Shown piece after piece: positions 38,152-50,469 of a stretch of DNA of 64,000 nt. Under the pieces are notes generated by a model, which was given only the letters and a program-made list of their open reading frames with translations, was not told the origin of the DNA and searched no databases. The position numbers and the translations under genes are program-made. This DNA comes from Eledone cirrhosa (taxonomy: Eukaryota). The first letter of the stretch is position 1. Each line of letters opens with the position of its first letter. The stretch covers positions 37,076,001-37,140,000 of the forward strand of contig OZ024740.1 in assembly GCA_964016885.1 (NCBI GenBank). Direction: 5' to 3'.

Positions 38152-41100
38152 CAAAATAAAGTAATGTCAAATGATGAAATCTCATACCGGATCGGCCGTC
38201 ACCCGGGTCAAATAGAGCCGCGTCTCTCAGAGAGGAACCAGACTGGAGTCGAAAAATCAGCTAATGGTTCAAACCTTCCCATCAATTCAGAGCTGGAGAC
38301 CTCCCATAACCGGAATACTCCTACTGTTGGCCCTCCATGCTCACCAACAAGAAATCCAAAGAAAAAGAGAGAAAAATGGTGAAGGGAAGACAATAGAGAA
38401 GTCCTTGAGGCTTTCTACACTGCCATGTACTACCCATCAAATACATCGAATACAGAACAGACTGGAAAAAGAAACATCCCGAAAAACAGAGGCTATATTG
38501 ACAGTAACAAATTAGCCTATATACGAAGAAATATTGTTAAAAAAAAAGTTAACTGATATAGAAATTGATCAGATCAAGCAATTAGCACAAAGTCAGCGAA
38601 GGGAAAATGAAACATGTGTCAGTGAAACCGAGGTAAATTGTAACAGCAGAACAAATTAAAGAAAGGATCGAAAAAGTGGAGGGGATGCTCAAGATGAAAC
38701 TCAAAATGAAAACAATGAAATTATGATCGAATGGATGAAAATGAGAGAATCTGACATGGGGGAACGAGACACTCTTCCTAAGATCCAGAACTCCAAACAG
38801 AACCAAAAGATAATACACTAGATAATATACAAGATAATACACAAGACTAACATAATTCTCAAAAACATTATCATCACAAACAAACTAAACATTACTGATC
38901 TAAATCATCTTTATTATGCATCGGCTAAAGTCACCACTCACTTATGTGGAGTGAAAATGAAAAAACAAAAAAAAAAACAAAGAAAAACCAGCAAATGGAA
39001 ATCCCCAGGAAAAGACAAAATAGCACATTTTTGGATAAATGCCTTCACAGATTCTCATGAGCTCTTATCCCAACTTTACAATGAAATGGTTAAGGAGCCA
39101 GAAAAGATACCATTATGGCTAGTTAACGGCACTACATTCCTACTTCCGAAGAATGATGAGACAAACAATCACAAAAATTACAGACCGATAACTTGCTTGA
39201 CCACAATGTATAAAATTTTAACATCAGTCCTAACTGTATATACATATGATCACCTGATAACAAATGTTCTATTTCCCAATGAGTAGAAAGGGTGTAAACG
39301 AGGCTCATATGGCTGTAAAGATCAGGTTTTGGTTAACAAAAGGATACTGGAAGACTGTCATAATAGGCACAAAAATCTATCAATAGCTTGGATAGATTAC
39401 AAAAAAGCATTCGATAGTTTGCCACACAGTTGGATTAAAAAAAATATTTAGAGATTTTCAAAATATCTCCGGTTGTCAAGAGGTTTTTGTCATTCAGTAT
39501 GATGACATGGAAAACGACACTCCTTTTGAATAGTGAAAAATAAATCACTGGAAGCTGGAGAAGTTAATATTAATTGGGGTATTTTTCAGGGTGACTCTTT
39601 ATCACCGCTTTTATTCTGCATCGCACTTATACCATTAAGTAAAATGCTCAATGAAACAAAACATGGATATAAAGTCTATGACAAAACCATTAATCACTTG
39701 TTCTACATGGATGACCTGAAACTATTTGCAAAAAATGATGAACAATTGCAAGGGCTATTATCCACTGTGGAGCAGTTCAGTGATGACATTAAAATGGAGT
39801 TTGGACTAGATAAATGCGCCAAAGCAACGTTCACCAGAGGAAAGCTGCTGAAAGGTTCATACATTAATCATGATCAGGAAAATGTGAAAAGAGAACTTGA
39901 TCAAGAGGAAACTTACAAATATCTAGGTGTTTGTGAAGGAGACGGAATCAAGCACTCGTCAATGAGGGAAAGGATAAGGAAGGAATGTTACCGCAGAGTA
40001 AGTGCAATCTTAAGAACGGAATTGAATGCAAGGAATAGGATCGATGCCATAAACACGCTTGCCATACCAGTAGTAACCTACAGTTACAATGTCATCAACT
40101 GGTCAAGCACAGAGATCCGTAGGCTCGATACATAAATTAGAAAATCCTTAACCATGCACAGAATGCATCACCCTAAGGCAGATAGAGATATAATATATCT
40201 CCCTAGGAAAGAAGGAGGACGTGGGTTAATCCAGTTAGATATTGCGTTGAAAACTGCAACAATTGGATTATCTACATATCTAAAGGAATCACATGATTGG
40301 ATGATCAAACTCGTTTTGAAACACGAAAGCACCAAAAGATCATACTCCATTACAAAAATACACAAAGATACAGTAATCGACTACAAATTTCAGAAGTCCC
40401 ATTTACTGCTGAAATGGAAAACACAGAAAAAGCAAAGCAGGTAAAAGTAACTGCAAAGAAAGAACTGCTACAGAAACTGGCTAAGAAATGGCAAGAAAAG
40501 CCTCTGCATGGAAAATACCCAGAAAGAGCTAACAATCCTGATGTTGACAAAACTTTAACCCATAAGTGGTTGGCATCCTCTGGACTGAAATCGGAGACTG
40601 AATCAGAAACTGAATCGGAGACCATTGACCATATAATTTCAATGTGCTGTCCTATAGCTCCAACCGAATACCTAAACAGGCACGACAGAGCTGCACAATA
40701 CATACATTGGATAATGTGTAAGCATTTTGACCTGCCCCATCAAAAGAATTGGTGGGAGCATCAACCACCTCCCATACTTGAAAAAGATCACATCTCAATC
40801 ATGTGGAACTTTAACATCCAAATAGTCCTGATATAATACCGAAGGACTTTAAAAAGAGGGTATGCCTGCTAATTGATATGTCCGTTTCAATAGACAAGAA
40901 TGTATCTGTAAAAACTTTTGAAAAATTGAGCAAGTATAAGGGCCTGGAGATAGAAATTGGAAAAATGTGGAAATTGAGAACTAAAACAATACCAGTGGTT
41001 GTAGGCGCTCTAGGAATGATACCTAGGGGTCTAATGATAACTTATCGCAAGTCCCAGGAAACCCTCGTATAGGAGAAATACAAAAGATAGTACTAATGGG

Positions 41101-41281
41101 AACTGCCCATATACTAAGGAAGATTCTGTCAATATAAGTACATCACAAGTCTAAACACCTAAAGATGCATGTGTGAATATGTATGTTCTTTCTTGAACAT
41201 GGCGGACCTTGTTGTCTCTTGAGGTCACTGGTTGTGACTTGGTGATAACTCGTATGAACATAAAGCAAGATAAATGCAACT

Positions 41282-41282
<1 letters not shown>
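38152..41282 (+). mobile_element. R4/Dong-like family A, copy 1 (degenerate, internal deletions)
   Basis: [36 protein letters not shown]-terminus QKIVLMGTAHILRKILSI; (AAT)n on both sides. Confidence 0.9.
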
Positions 41283-41313
<31 letters not shown>

Positions 41314-41315
<2 letters not shown>

Positions 41316-44300
41316 TTTCTTTATTAACCACAAGGGTTTACATAAAGTAGACATTAAGGACAGTGCAGGACAATACAGGACGGTACAATTGGGCATTTCT
41401 GCGTGTAAAGAACAAAAACAGAGGATGTATCAAAAAAATAACAATGAAAAATTCCCCAGTAGGGAGGAGACTTCCGAGGGACATTTGTGGAGAGAGCCCA
41501 GTAAAAGGCCACAGTGACCCTGACCCCCAAGGCAAGTGCCCTCTCCCAGTTTTCCACCTTTAATTTACAGATACGTACTCAGAGTAGGCCCATTCACTCG
41601 GGCCATTCTTGCTTCTCTCACCCATCTTTCAACAAAATGCTGGGAAGAGAGCACTTCCCTCTCTACCCTGATTTTCTTTTTCAAATGAAATTTGAAAAAG
41701 TTAATCAGGGCATCACCGAAGAGGTAAGTGCTCGTCTTCAGCCCTTTCAAACGTGTCCACCATACTATCTCTTTCGCCATGGCCACCAGACAGATAAAAA
41801 CTGCCTGCCCTTCCCGGCTAAAGGAAGATGGCGGGGCAATCCTCACGATGGACTCAGATGATAGCCGGATCCGTCCTACACGCGACAGCAGGTGTTCGAC
41901 ATAAACACACAAGTCAGCAATTTTCGGACACTGGACGAGTGCGTGCAGGACGGTTTCGTCGCCCTGTGCGCATCTTAGACATGCCCGGCTGACAACACCT
42001 CCATGCCTGTTAAGTTTATCCCGAACTGGCAAGGCTCCTCGGTAGCACTGCCAGGCCAGAGATTTCTGGAAGTTGTCCATAGGTCCCGGCCCGAAAGTTC
42101 TTCCGAAGAGATTGGCTAGTTGATTTTCGTCGACGCCTAGAGTTTCCCCAAGTACGTCGTCGCTCTACCCCTCCACTAATCCTCTATAGAACTCCGAGGT
42201 GGAGTTTCCACCGATCACATTGCCCGATTGGTCGAGGGCTGTGAGCGCCTGAAGACATTCTAGTCTCCAGGCGCTCCCTCTCGGTCTTCGCTTGACCCAG
42301 GACTGCAGCTCCGTCAAGGAAACGAGCTGGGGAAAGACGTGTCTAGCAAACGGCGACCACACCTGATCCCCGTCGAGGAAGAGGTGGAGATGTCGTAGCC
42401 TGAGCGCGTGTTTGCGCATCATCAGCCACGGCATTCACAACCCTCCACGTAGCGGGTGTTGACAGCAGATGGACCGCCTGACCATCGGAGCGCGTCCCTT
42501 CCACAAAAAGCGAAAGAGCAAACGCTCCAGCGCAGTCAGGTGGGGCTTAGGACAAGGTACGATGGTCAGGCGGTAGCAGATGAGAGACACGATGTACGCG
42601 TTAGCCACCTCCGCCCGACCTTTCAGGGATAGCTTCCTCTCCGCCCATTTCTGGGTGAGAGAAGCCACCCTGCTCGTCACCTCGTCCCAGTTTTTGTCCG
42701 TTTGGAGGTCCGGACCGAACCAGACCCCTAGCAATTTAACCGGTCCGTCCGTCCAGCGTCCGATGACGCTGTTGGACGGCATGGACCTGCCTCTCCAGGT
42801 GCCGAGCTGCAGGCCCACTGACTTTTCCTGGTTGATCATTGCTCCTGTCACCGCTTCGTATTCTCTTAGTGTAGTGCCGATCGCCTCGATGTGTTTGGCG
42901 TTCGACACCACTACGGTAGCTGGATCCGTCCTACACGCGACAGCAGGTGTTCGACATAAACCCACAAATCAGCAATGCTCGGACACTGGACGAGTGCGTA
43001 AAGGACGGTTTCGTCGCCCTGCGCGCATCTCGGACATGCCCGGCAGACGGCACCTCCATGCCTGTAGAGTTTATCCCGAACTGGCAAAGCTCCTCGGTAG
43101 CACTGCCAGGACAGGGATTTCTGGAAGTTGTCCATAGATCCCGGCCCGAAAGTTCTTCCGAAGAGATTGGCTAGTTGATTTGGCTAGTTGATTGGCTAGT
43201 TGATTTTCGTCGACGCCTAGAGTTTCCCCAAGTACGTCGTCGCTCTACCCCTCCACTAATCCTCTATAGAACGCCAAGGTCGAGTTTCCACCGATTACAT
43301 TACCCGATGGGTCGAGGGCTGTTGTGAGCGCCTGAAGACATTCCAGTCTCCAAGCGCTCCCTCTCGGTCTTCGCTTGACCCAGGACTGCCGATCGCCTCG
43401 ATGTGTTTGGCGTTCGCCACCACTACGGTGATATCGTCCGCATATGCTGACACGGAGCTTCCGCATCCTAGTTCGCGCGGGACGCCCCTCAACGTCTCCA
43501 GTTTGTGCAGTAATGGCTCGAGAGTCAATACGTACAAGAGGAACGAGAGGGGACATCCTTGGCGGACCGAACGCATGATGTTGAACGGTTCTGACAGGTG
43601 ACCGTTCACTCTCACCACAGAGCAGATGTCGCTGTGCATGGCAGCGATCCAGCCTCTGAAGACGGGCCCAAAGCCAGCCGCCCTCAGGACTGCCGCTAGG
43701 TAACGATGGTCGACCATATCGAAAGCTTTCGACTGATCTAAATTGATCAAGGACCCACCCGTGCCAGGTTCCCTAGCTACCCTCTCTACGATCTATCGCC
43801 TGAGGTTGTCGTGGATGGATCTGTCGGGAATGGCGCATGTCTGCGCCTCTCCCACCAGACCACCAACGATAAGCGCCAACCTCTTTGCTAGCACCTTGGT
43901 CAAAATCTTGAACTCTGTGTTTAGCAGAATTATGGGCCTAAAATTATCTATGTTATCCCCCTTGTTCGGCTTCTTTCTCAGCAGCACCCCCACCTCCCTC
44001 CTCGGCTCATAGTGATGGGAGTTCTCCCGTTCTGCTACCAGTTGCAGTAGACGTCCGCCAAGAGGTCTCTGAACAAGTCTGGAATATGTACGTAAAGTTC
44101 ATAGGGCAGACCATCTAAACCAGGCGATTTACCCCTTGTGCAGCCAGTCATTGCGGCTGTTATCGGCTTTTCGCAACACTCCGCCTCAATGGCCGAGAGC
44201 AGCGTCAGTCCGTCGAGGTAGACACTAAAGTCCATTCCTCAAACCGGCCCGCCATGCCCCCGAACAGCTGAGCAAAGTGTCGCTGAAAAGCATCACACAT

Positions 44301-47300
44301 TTGCCCGGGATCGCGTAGCATGCGCCCGTCGTGGTCCGCCAAAGACAGGATCGTGGCTTTGTTGCCACGACGCGCCTCCGCCACTCGGGCCCATCGATTG
44401 GTTTTTGTCCCCTCGTGCATGAGAACACGCACCCTAGCTCTATGAACGCAGCCTTCGTTCTTTGCGTTGAAAAATTGGTCGAGGACCAATTTCGCCCCAA
44501 GCACGTCGATCGTGATGCCTTTACTAAGCGCCTCGTCTAATTTGCTAATTAGTTCTCCCTCTACTTTATTTTTCTCTATTACAAAAGCCTTACTAAACCT
44601 AATGAACTCAGTCCTAATCGCTCTTTTCAGGGCAAACTACCATTTGTTGTTGACGATTGCCCCCGTCAACACCCGCTTAACTAATTCGCTAATCTGGTCT
44701 CTGTAAGCTTTGCGCGCTGGTAAGGACGCGTTTAGCTTCCAGTAGTCAGGTCCTTGTCTATGAAGCCTATCTAAGTCAAGCACACAGATCACGAATTTGT
44801 GGTCCGTGTAGCTGACTATCTTGAATTGTGGACAGCCTATGCTAGACCTATCTATTTCACTACAAAATACCCTATCTAGATATGATCTGGATGACCCTAT
44901 GCGGTTTGTCCAAGTCCACATTGGCACATTCGGGAAATCCAAACGGTACCTGTCAGACAGTTCAAAACGCCTGAGCAGGTTGGTGAGGCTCTTGCACCCT
45001 CCTCCCTTATCCGCTAATCCCACACAGTCTCAGCGTGCATCTAAGATCCCGTTCCAGTCGCCCACTAACACTAAATAGCGGGACGTTCCAAGAAAGGTCT
45101 CCAGACGCCGGAAGAAATCAGGCCGCCCTGCTCCTGTCGGGGCATAGACGGCCACTAGGCTGAAAGATAGCCCGTCTCCGCTGATCACGTCCAGCACCAC
45201 CAACTTACCTTCTGGGTCCAGGAAGATGGCCTGTATTGCGAGATCCAAACCTCTCCGAAAAAGCAGAGCAACTCCTCCCCCCGATCCCGGATGGCTGGGA
45301 GATGCGTACACATCGTAGCCGCCGAAGATCGATACGAAAGCCCGTGCTTCGGAGATTCTGGTCTCGCTGATGGCCACTATATCTATGTTTAGTGAGCTGA
45401 GCTCGTTGAGCAAGTGGCCCTGCTTCCATGACGACCCCAAGCCACACGCATTTATGCTGCCTATTCTGAGTGAGTTCGTGTTGAAAAGGAGTGGAAAAGA
45501 TGGGAAAGACGACTTACCTTCCTTCTCGTAGAGGAAGGATGGTTTCTCCATCCTTTTAACTGCTTCTGGCCTCCTCCGGAAGGAAGGATATCCTTATAAA
45601 TCCTCCTGGAGTGTGCTTGTCGGAAGTCTCCGATGTCTTTGGGGAATTTTTGTTTTAGTGTCGTGTACGTTTTCTGTGTGATGCGAGTGATTTGTATGTG
45701 TGGAGGTGGTGTGAATTTTTTTGGTGCTGTGTAGTCTTTTTCTGTGATGCTGGTGTTGTGTTGGATGTAGTGTAATAATTGGTTGTTCAAATTTAATTGT
45801 TTCTACTTTAGGCACAAGGCCAGCAATTACCCAGTGCATTACTGGTACTTTATTTTATCGACCCCGTAAGGATGAAAGGCAAAGTCAACCTCGGCGGGAT
45901 TTGAACTCAGATCATAAAGGGACGAAACTATGCTGGAAAGCATGGCTTCCGACTCTCTACCGATACTGCCAATCCACCGCCCTTTTGGTTGTTCAAATTG
46001 GTTGTTCAAATTTAATGCTGTGTAGTGTGTATCGTTTTGGTTGTTTTGTTTTGTTTGCGTTTGTTGTGGGTCTGTTTCTGTTTCGCTTTTTGGTGACTTT
46101 TGTGGTGTTGGGGTTAATAATAGTGATGGTGTTGGTGTTTGTGGTGATGGGGTTGGTGATGCTGGTGTGGATGGTGGCATAGCTGTCCTAACCTTTTTGT
46201 TTGTTAGTTTATTTGTTTCCCCCTGTATTTTGTTTTTGGAGGGGGAAGGAAGAGGATTTTTTTCTTTTTGGGGTTCTTTTTCATTTTTTTCCTGATACAG
46301 TTTCCCACTCCTCGTCGTCACAATCTGTCAACAGTTGCGATAGGTCGGGGAGTGAAAAATCCTCCACAGGCGTTGGTTTTGGTTGTGGCGTGGTGGATGG
46401 TGGAGGCACTGGTGCTAGTTCTGGCGCGGTGGGTGGTGGCGATGTTTGTTTTGTTACTGTTACCGGGGTTGTTGCTCATACAGTTGCTTCTGTTGTTGTT
46501 GCTACAGTTGTTGCTGCCATTTCTACTGCTGGTGGTGTTGATGGTTGAGTCACTGTGGTGGGTAAGAGAGGTGGCCTCAACTTTTTAGCCTGTGGGCAGA
46601 AAGCCTTTAGGTGGGTTCCTTCACCACAAACGACATACCTAGGCCTTCTACTCTCAACGATTACGGTGAGGTGGCTGCCGTCAGTGTGGTCTATCACCTC
46701 TGGGATGCTTTTTTGGTCCGCTTGGATCAGGAGCTCCATCCCAGATCCAGACCAGTTCTCCTGCTTTTATTTTGTTATTTCAATTATTTTCGTGTTGGCC
46801 TCGATGCGCGCGAGGACGGCAGCCATTAGCCAGAGAATTTCGATGGCCGGTGGAACGTGGGTCACCCTGATCTTCACGAGTCTCTGGCCACAATAGCTTG
46901 GGACGAGTGTGAAGTCGTCGCTTCTTAATGGGGCCATGGAGTGCTCTCTGGCTTCCTGTCGTGTTCCAAAGAACACGTCCACAGTTCCATATTTCTGCCC
47001 ACGTCTGATGTGGGTTTTTTTCGCCCACACCTGTCCCAAAGCTTTTTGTATTTGGGACTGGGATGCCCGTTCCACTCGGCGTGATTTTGTGTTTATCGTC
47101 CGGTAAGACACGGTGCATAGGCGCCGATGCTCCATTTTATTAGGTGGAGGGGGGGATTACCCTGTACCCATCTTTTTTTACCATTCTCTTGGCTTCATTT
47201 AATTCATCCTGGCTTACCTGGATTGTTTCGCTTTTCTTGGCTGCTTTGGCAAACGACACATTTGCGCTGGTGTTGATGTTTTTGTTGTTATTCTCATTGT

Positions 47301-47874
47301 TGTTGTTGCTGTTGTTGTTATTATTATTTTTGTTATTGTTATTTTTAGTTTCAGTTGTGGTGGTGGTGGCGTCAGTGGTGTTCGGTGTGGAAGAGTCGAT
47401 TCTGGGTGAATGCATTTCGATGTCACGAGATAATAAATTTTTGTTTGTTTCTGTTGTCGCTGTGGTGGTGGTGGCGGCTTTAACACCTGTAGTTATTGGT
47501 AATGGCGGGGAATGAATGTCTGCATGAGACAAATTTAAATTATTGCTACTGCTTATATTTTTAGTGTTGGCACTAAAAATAGTGTTTACAATGGTGGTGT
47601 TGGTGTGAGGTGTTAGTTTGTGAGGAAGGCTGTCAGCTTCGTGTGGCTGTGAGTCGTCCATGTTTTTTTCAAAGAAAGTTTTTGTTTGATAATTATGAAA
47701 GTTTAAATTTTGGGCTCAAGGCCCCAATCTTTTTGAGTGTCCTTTTCAGAAAGCAATATATGTGAACTTATAAACACTTAACAACAAAATTTTCCATAAC
47801 TGGCAATTTGAAACAACTGAAAACAACAAACCTGTGCGAAGCTCACGATAATACGATTTCCTACGTAGGTCGCC
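41314..47874 (-). mobile_element. Tx1-clade LINE family A, copy 2 (full length, rearranged, SINE-interrupted)
   Basis: Same termini as copy 3; internal duplicate at 42917-43387; SINE at 45798; ORF2 start changed to ACG. Confidence 0.92.
45798..45984 (-). mobile_element. SINE inserted in Tx1-A2 ORF1
   Basis: Shares an internal deletion with the SINE at 10720; TSD TTGGTTGTTCAAATTTAAT. Confidence 0.88.
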
Positions 47875-47923
<49 letters not shown>

Positions 47924-48369
47924 GATAAAAGGACTTTAAAAAGAGGGTATGCCTGCTAATTGATATGTCTGTTCCAATAGACAAGAATGTATCTATAAAA
48001 ACATTTGAAAAATTGAGCAAGTATAAGGACCTGGAGATAGAAATTGGAAAAATGTGGAAATTGAGAACTAAAACAATACCAGTGGTTGTAGGCGCTCTGG
48101 GAATGATACCTAAGGGGTCTAATGATTACTTATCGCAAATCCCAGGAAACCCGCGTATAGGAGAAATACAAAAGATAGTACTAATGGGAACTGCCCATAT
48201 ACTAAGGAAGATTCTGTCAATATAAGTACATCACAAGTCTAAACACTAAAGATGCATGTGTGAGTATGTATGTTCTTCCTTGAACATGGCGGACCTTGTT
48301 GTCTCTTGAGGTCACTGGTTGTGACTTGGTGATAACTCGTATGAACATAAAGCAAGATAAATGCAACTG
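47924..48369 (+). mobile_element. Dong-A copy 2, short 5'-truncated
   Basis: ORF 47965-48225 nearly identical to the C-terminus of 49607-50293; (AAT)n on both sides. Confidence 0.9.
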
Positions 48370-48390
48370 TAATAATAATAATAATAATAA

Positions 48391-50436
48391 CTGGAAGATT
48401 GTCATAATAGACACAAAAATCTATCAATTGCTTGGATAGATTATAAAAAAGCATTCGATAGTTTGCCACACAGTTGGATTGAAAAATGTTTAGAGATTTT
48501 CAAAATATCCCCGTTGTCAGGAGGTTTTTGTCATTCAGTATGAAGACATGGAAAACGACACTCCTTTTGAATAGTGAAACAAAATCACTGGAAGCTGGAG
48601 AAGTTAATATTAATTGTGGAATTTTTCAGGGTGACTCTTTATCACCGCTTTTATTCTGCATCGCCCTTATAACATTAAGTAAAATGCTCAATGAAACAAA
48701 ACATGGATATAAAGTCTATGACAAAACCATTAATCACTTGTTCTACATGGATGACCTGAAACTATTTGCAAAAAATGGTGAACAATTGCAAGGGCTATTA
48801 TCCACTGTGAAGCAGTTCAGTGATGACATTAAAATGGAGTTTGGACTAGATAAATGCGCCAAAGCAACGTTCACCAGAAGAAAGCTGCTGAAAAGTTCAG
48901 ACATTAATCTTGGTCGGGGGAATGGGATAAGAGAACTTGATCAAGAGGAAACTTACAAATATCTAGGTGTTTGTGAAGGAGACGGAATCAAGCACTCGAC
49001 AATGAGGGAAAGGATAAGGAAGGAATGTTACCGCAAAGTAAGCGAAATCTTAAGAACGGAATTAAATGCAAGGAATAGGATCGATGACATAAACACGCTT
49101 GCCATACCAGTAGTAACTTACAGTTACAATGTCATCAACTGGTCAAGCACAGAGATCCATAGGCTCGATACAAAAATTCGAAAATTCTTAACCATGCACA
49201 GAATGCATCACCCTAAGGTAGATAGAGATATAATATATCTCCCTAGGAAAGAAGGAGGACGTGGGTTAATCCAGTTAGACATTGCGTTGAAAACTGCAAC
49301 AATTGGATTATCTACATATCTAAGGGAATCACATGATTGGATGATCAAACTCGTTTTGAAACACGAAAGCATCAAAAGATCATACTCCATTACAAAAGAT
49401 GCACAAAGATACAGTAATGGACTACACATTTCAGAAGTCCCATTTACTGCTGAAATGGAAAACACAGAAAAAGCAAAGCAGGTAAAAGTAACTGCAAAGA
49501 AAGAACTGTTACAGAAACTGGCTAAGAAATGGCAAGAAAAGCCTCTGTATGGAAAATTCCCTGAACGTGCTAACAATCCTGATGTTGACAAAACTTTAAC
49601 CCATCAGTGGTTGCATCCTCTGGACTGAAATCGGAGACTGAAGGACTGATTATATCAGCACAAGATCAGTGTCTGCCAACAAAAAATTACCAAGCCAACA
49701 TAATAAAAAATGGGTGCAGCCCATTATGCCGTGTATGCAAAAAACAACCAGAGACCATTGACCATATAATTTCAATGTGCAGTCCTATAGCTCCAACCGA
49801 ATACCTAAACAGGCATGACAGAGCTGCACAATACATACATTGGATAATGTGTAAGCATTTTAACCTGCCCCATCAAAAGAATTGGTGGGAGCATCAACCA
49901 CCTCCCATACTTGAAAAAGATCACATCTCAATCTTGTGGAACTTTAGCATCCAAACAGACCGAAAAATAGATGCAAATAGACCTGATATAATATTGAAGG
50001 ACTTTAAAAAGAGGGTATGCCTGCTAATTGATATGTCCGTTTCAATAGACAAGAATGTATCTGTAAAAACTTTTGAAAAATTGAGCAAGTATAAGGACCT
50101 GGAGATAGAAATTGGAAAAATGTGGAAATTGAGAACTAAAACAATACCAGTGGTTGTAGGCGCTCTAGGAATGATACCTAAGGGGTCTAATGATTACTTA
50201 TCGCAAATCCCAGGAAAACCGCGTATAGGAGAATTACAAAAGATAGTACTAATGGGAACTGCCCATATACTAAGGAAGATATTGTCAATATAAGTACATC
50301 ACAAGTCTAAACACTAAAGATGCATGTGTGAGTATGTATGTTCTTTCTTGAACATGGCGGACCTTGTTGTCTCTTGAGGTCACTGGTTGTCATTTGGTGA
50401 TAACTCGTATGAACGTAAAGCAAGATAAATGCAGCT

Positions 50437-50437
<1 letters not shown>
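48391..50437 (+). mobile_element. Dong-A copy 3, 5'-truncated (RT + RLE)
   Basis: ORF 48486-49628 (QGDSLSPLLF, YMDD) and 49607-50293 (CRVC..H..C, RHD, NRPD..D..K); (AAT)n on both sides. Confidence 0.92.
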
Positions 50438-50468
<31 letters not shown>

Positions 50469-50469
<1 letters not shown>

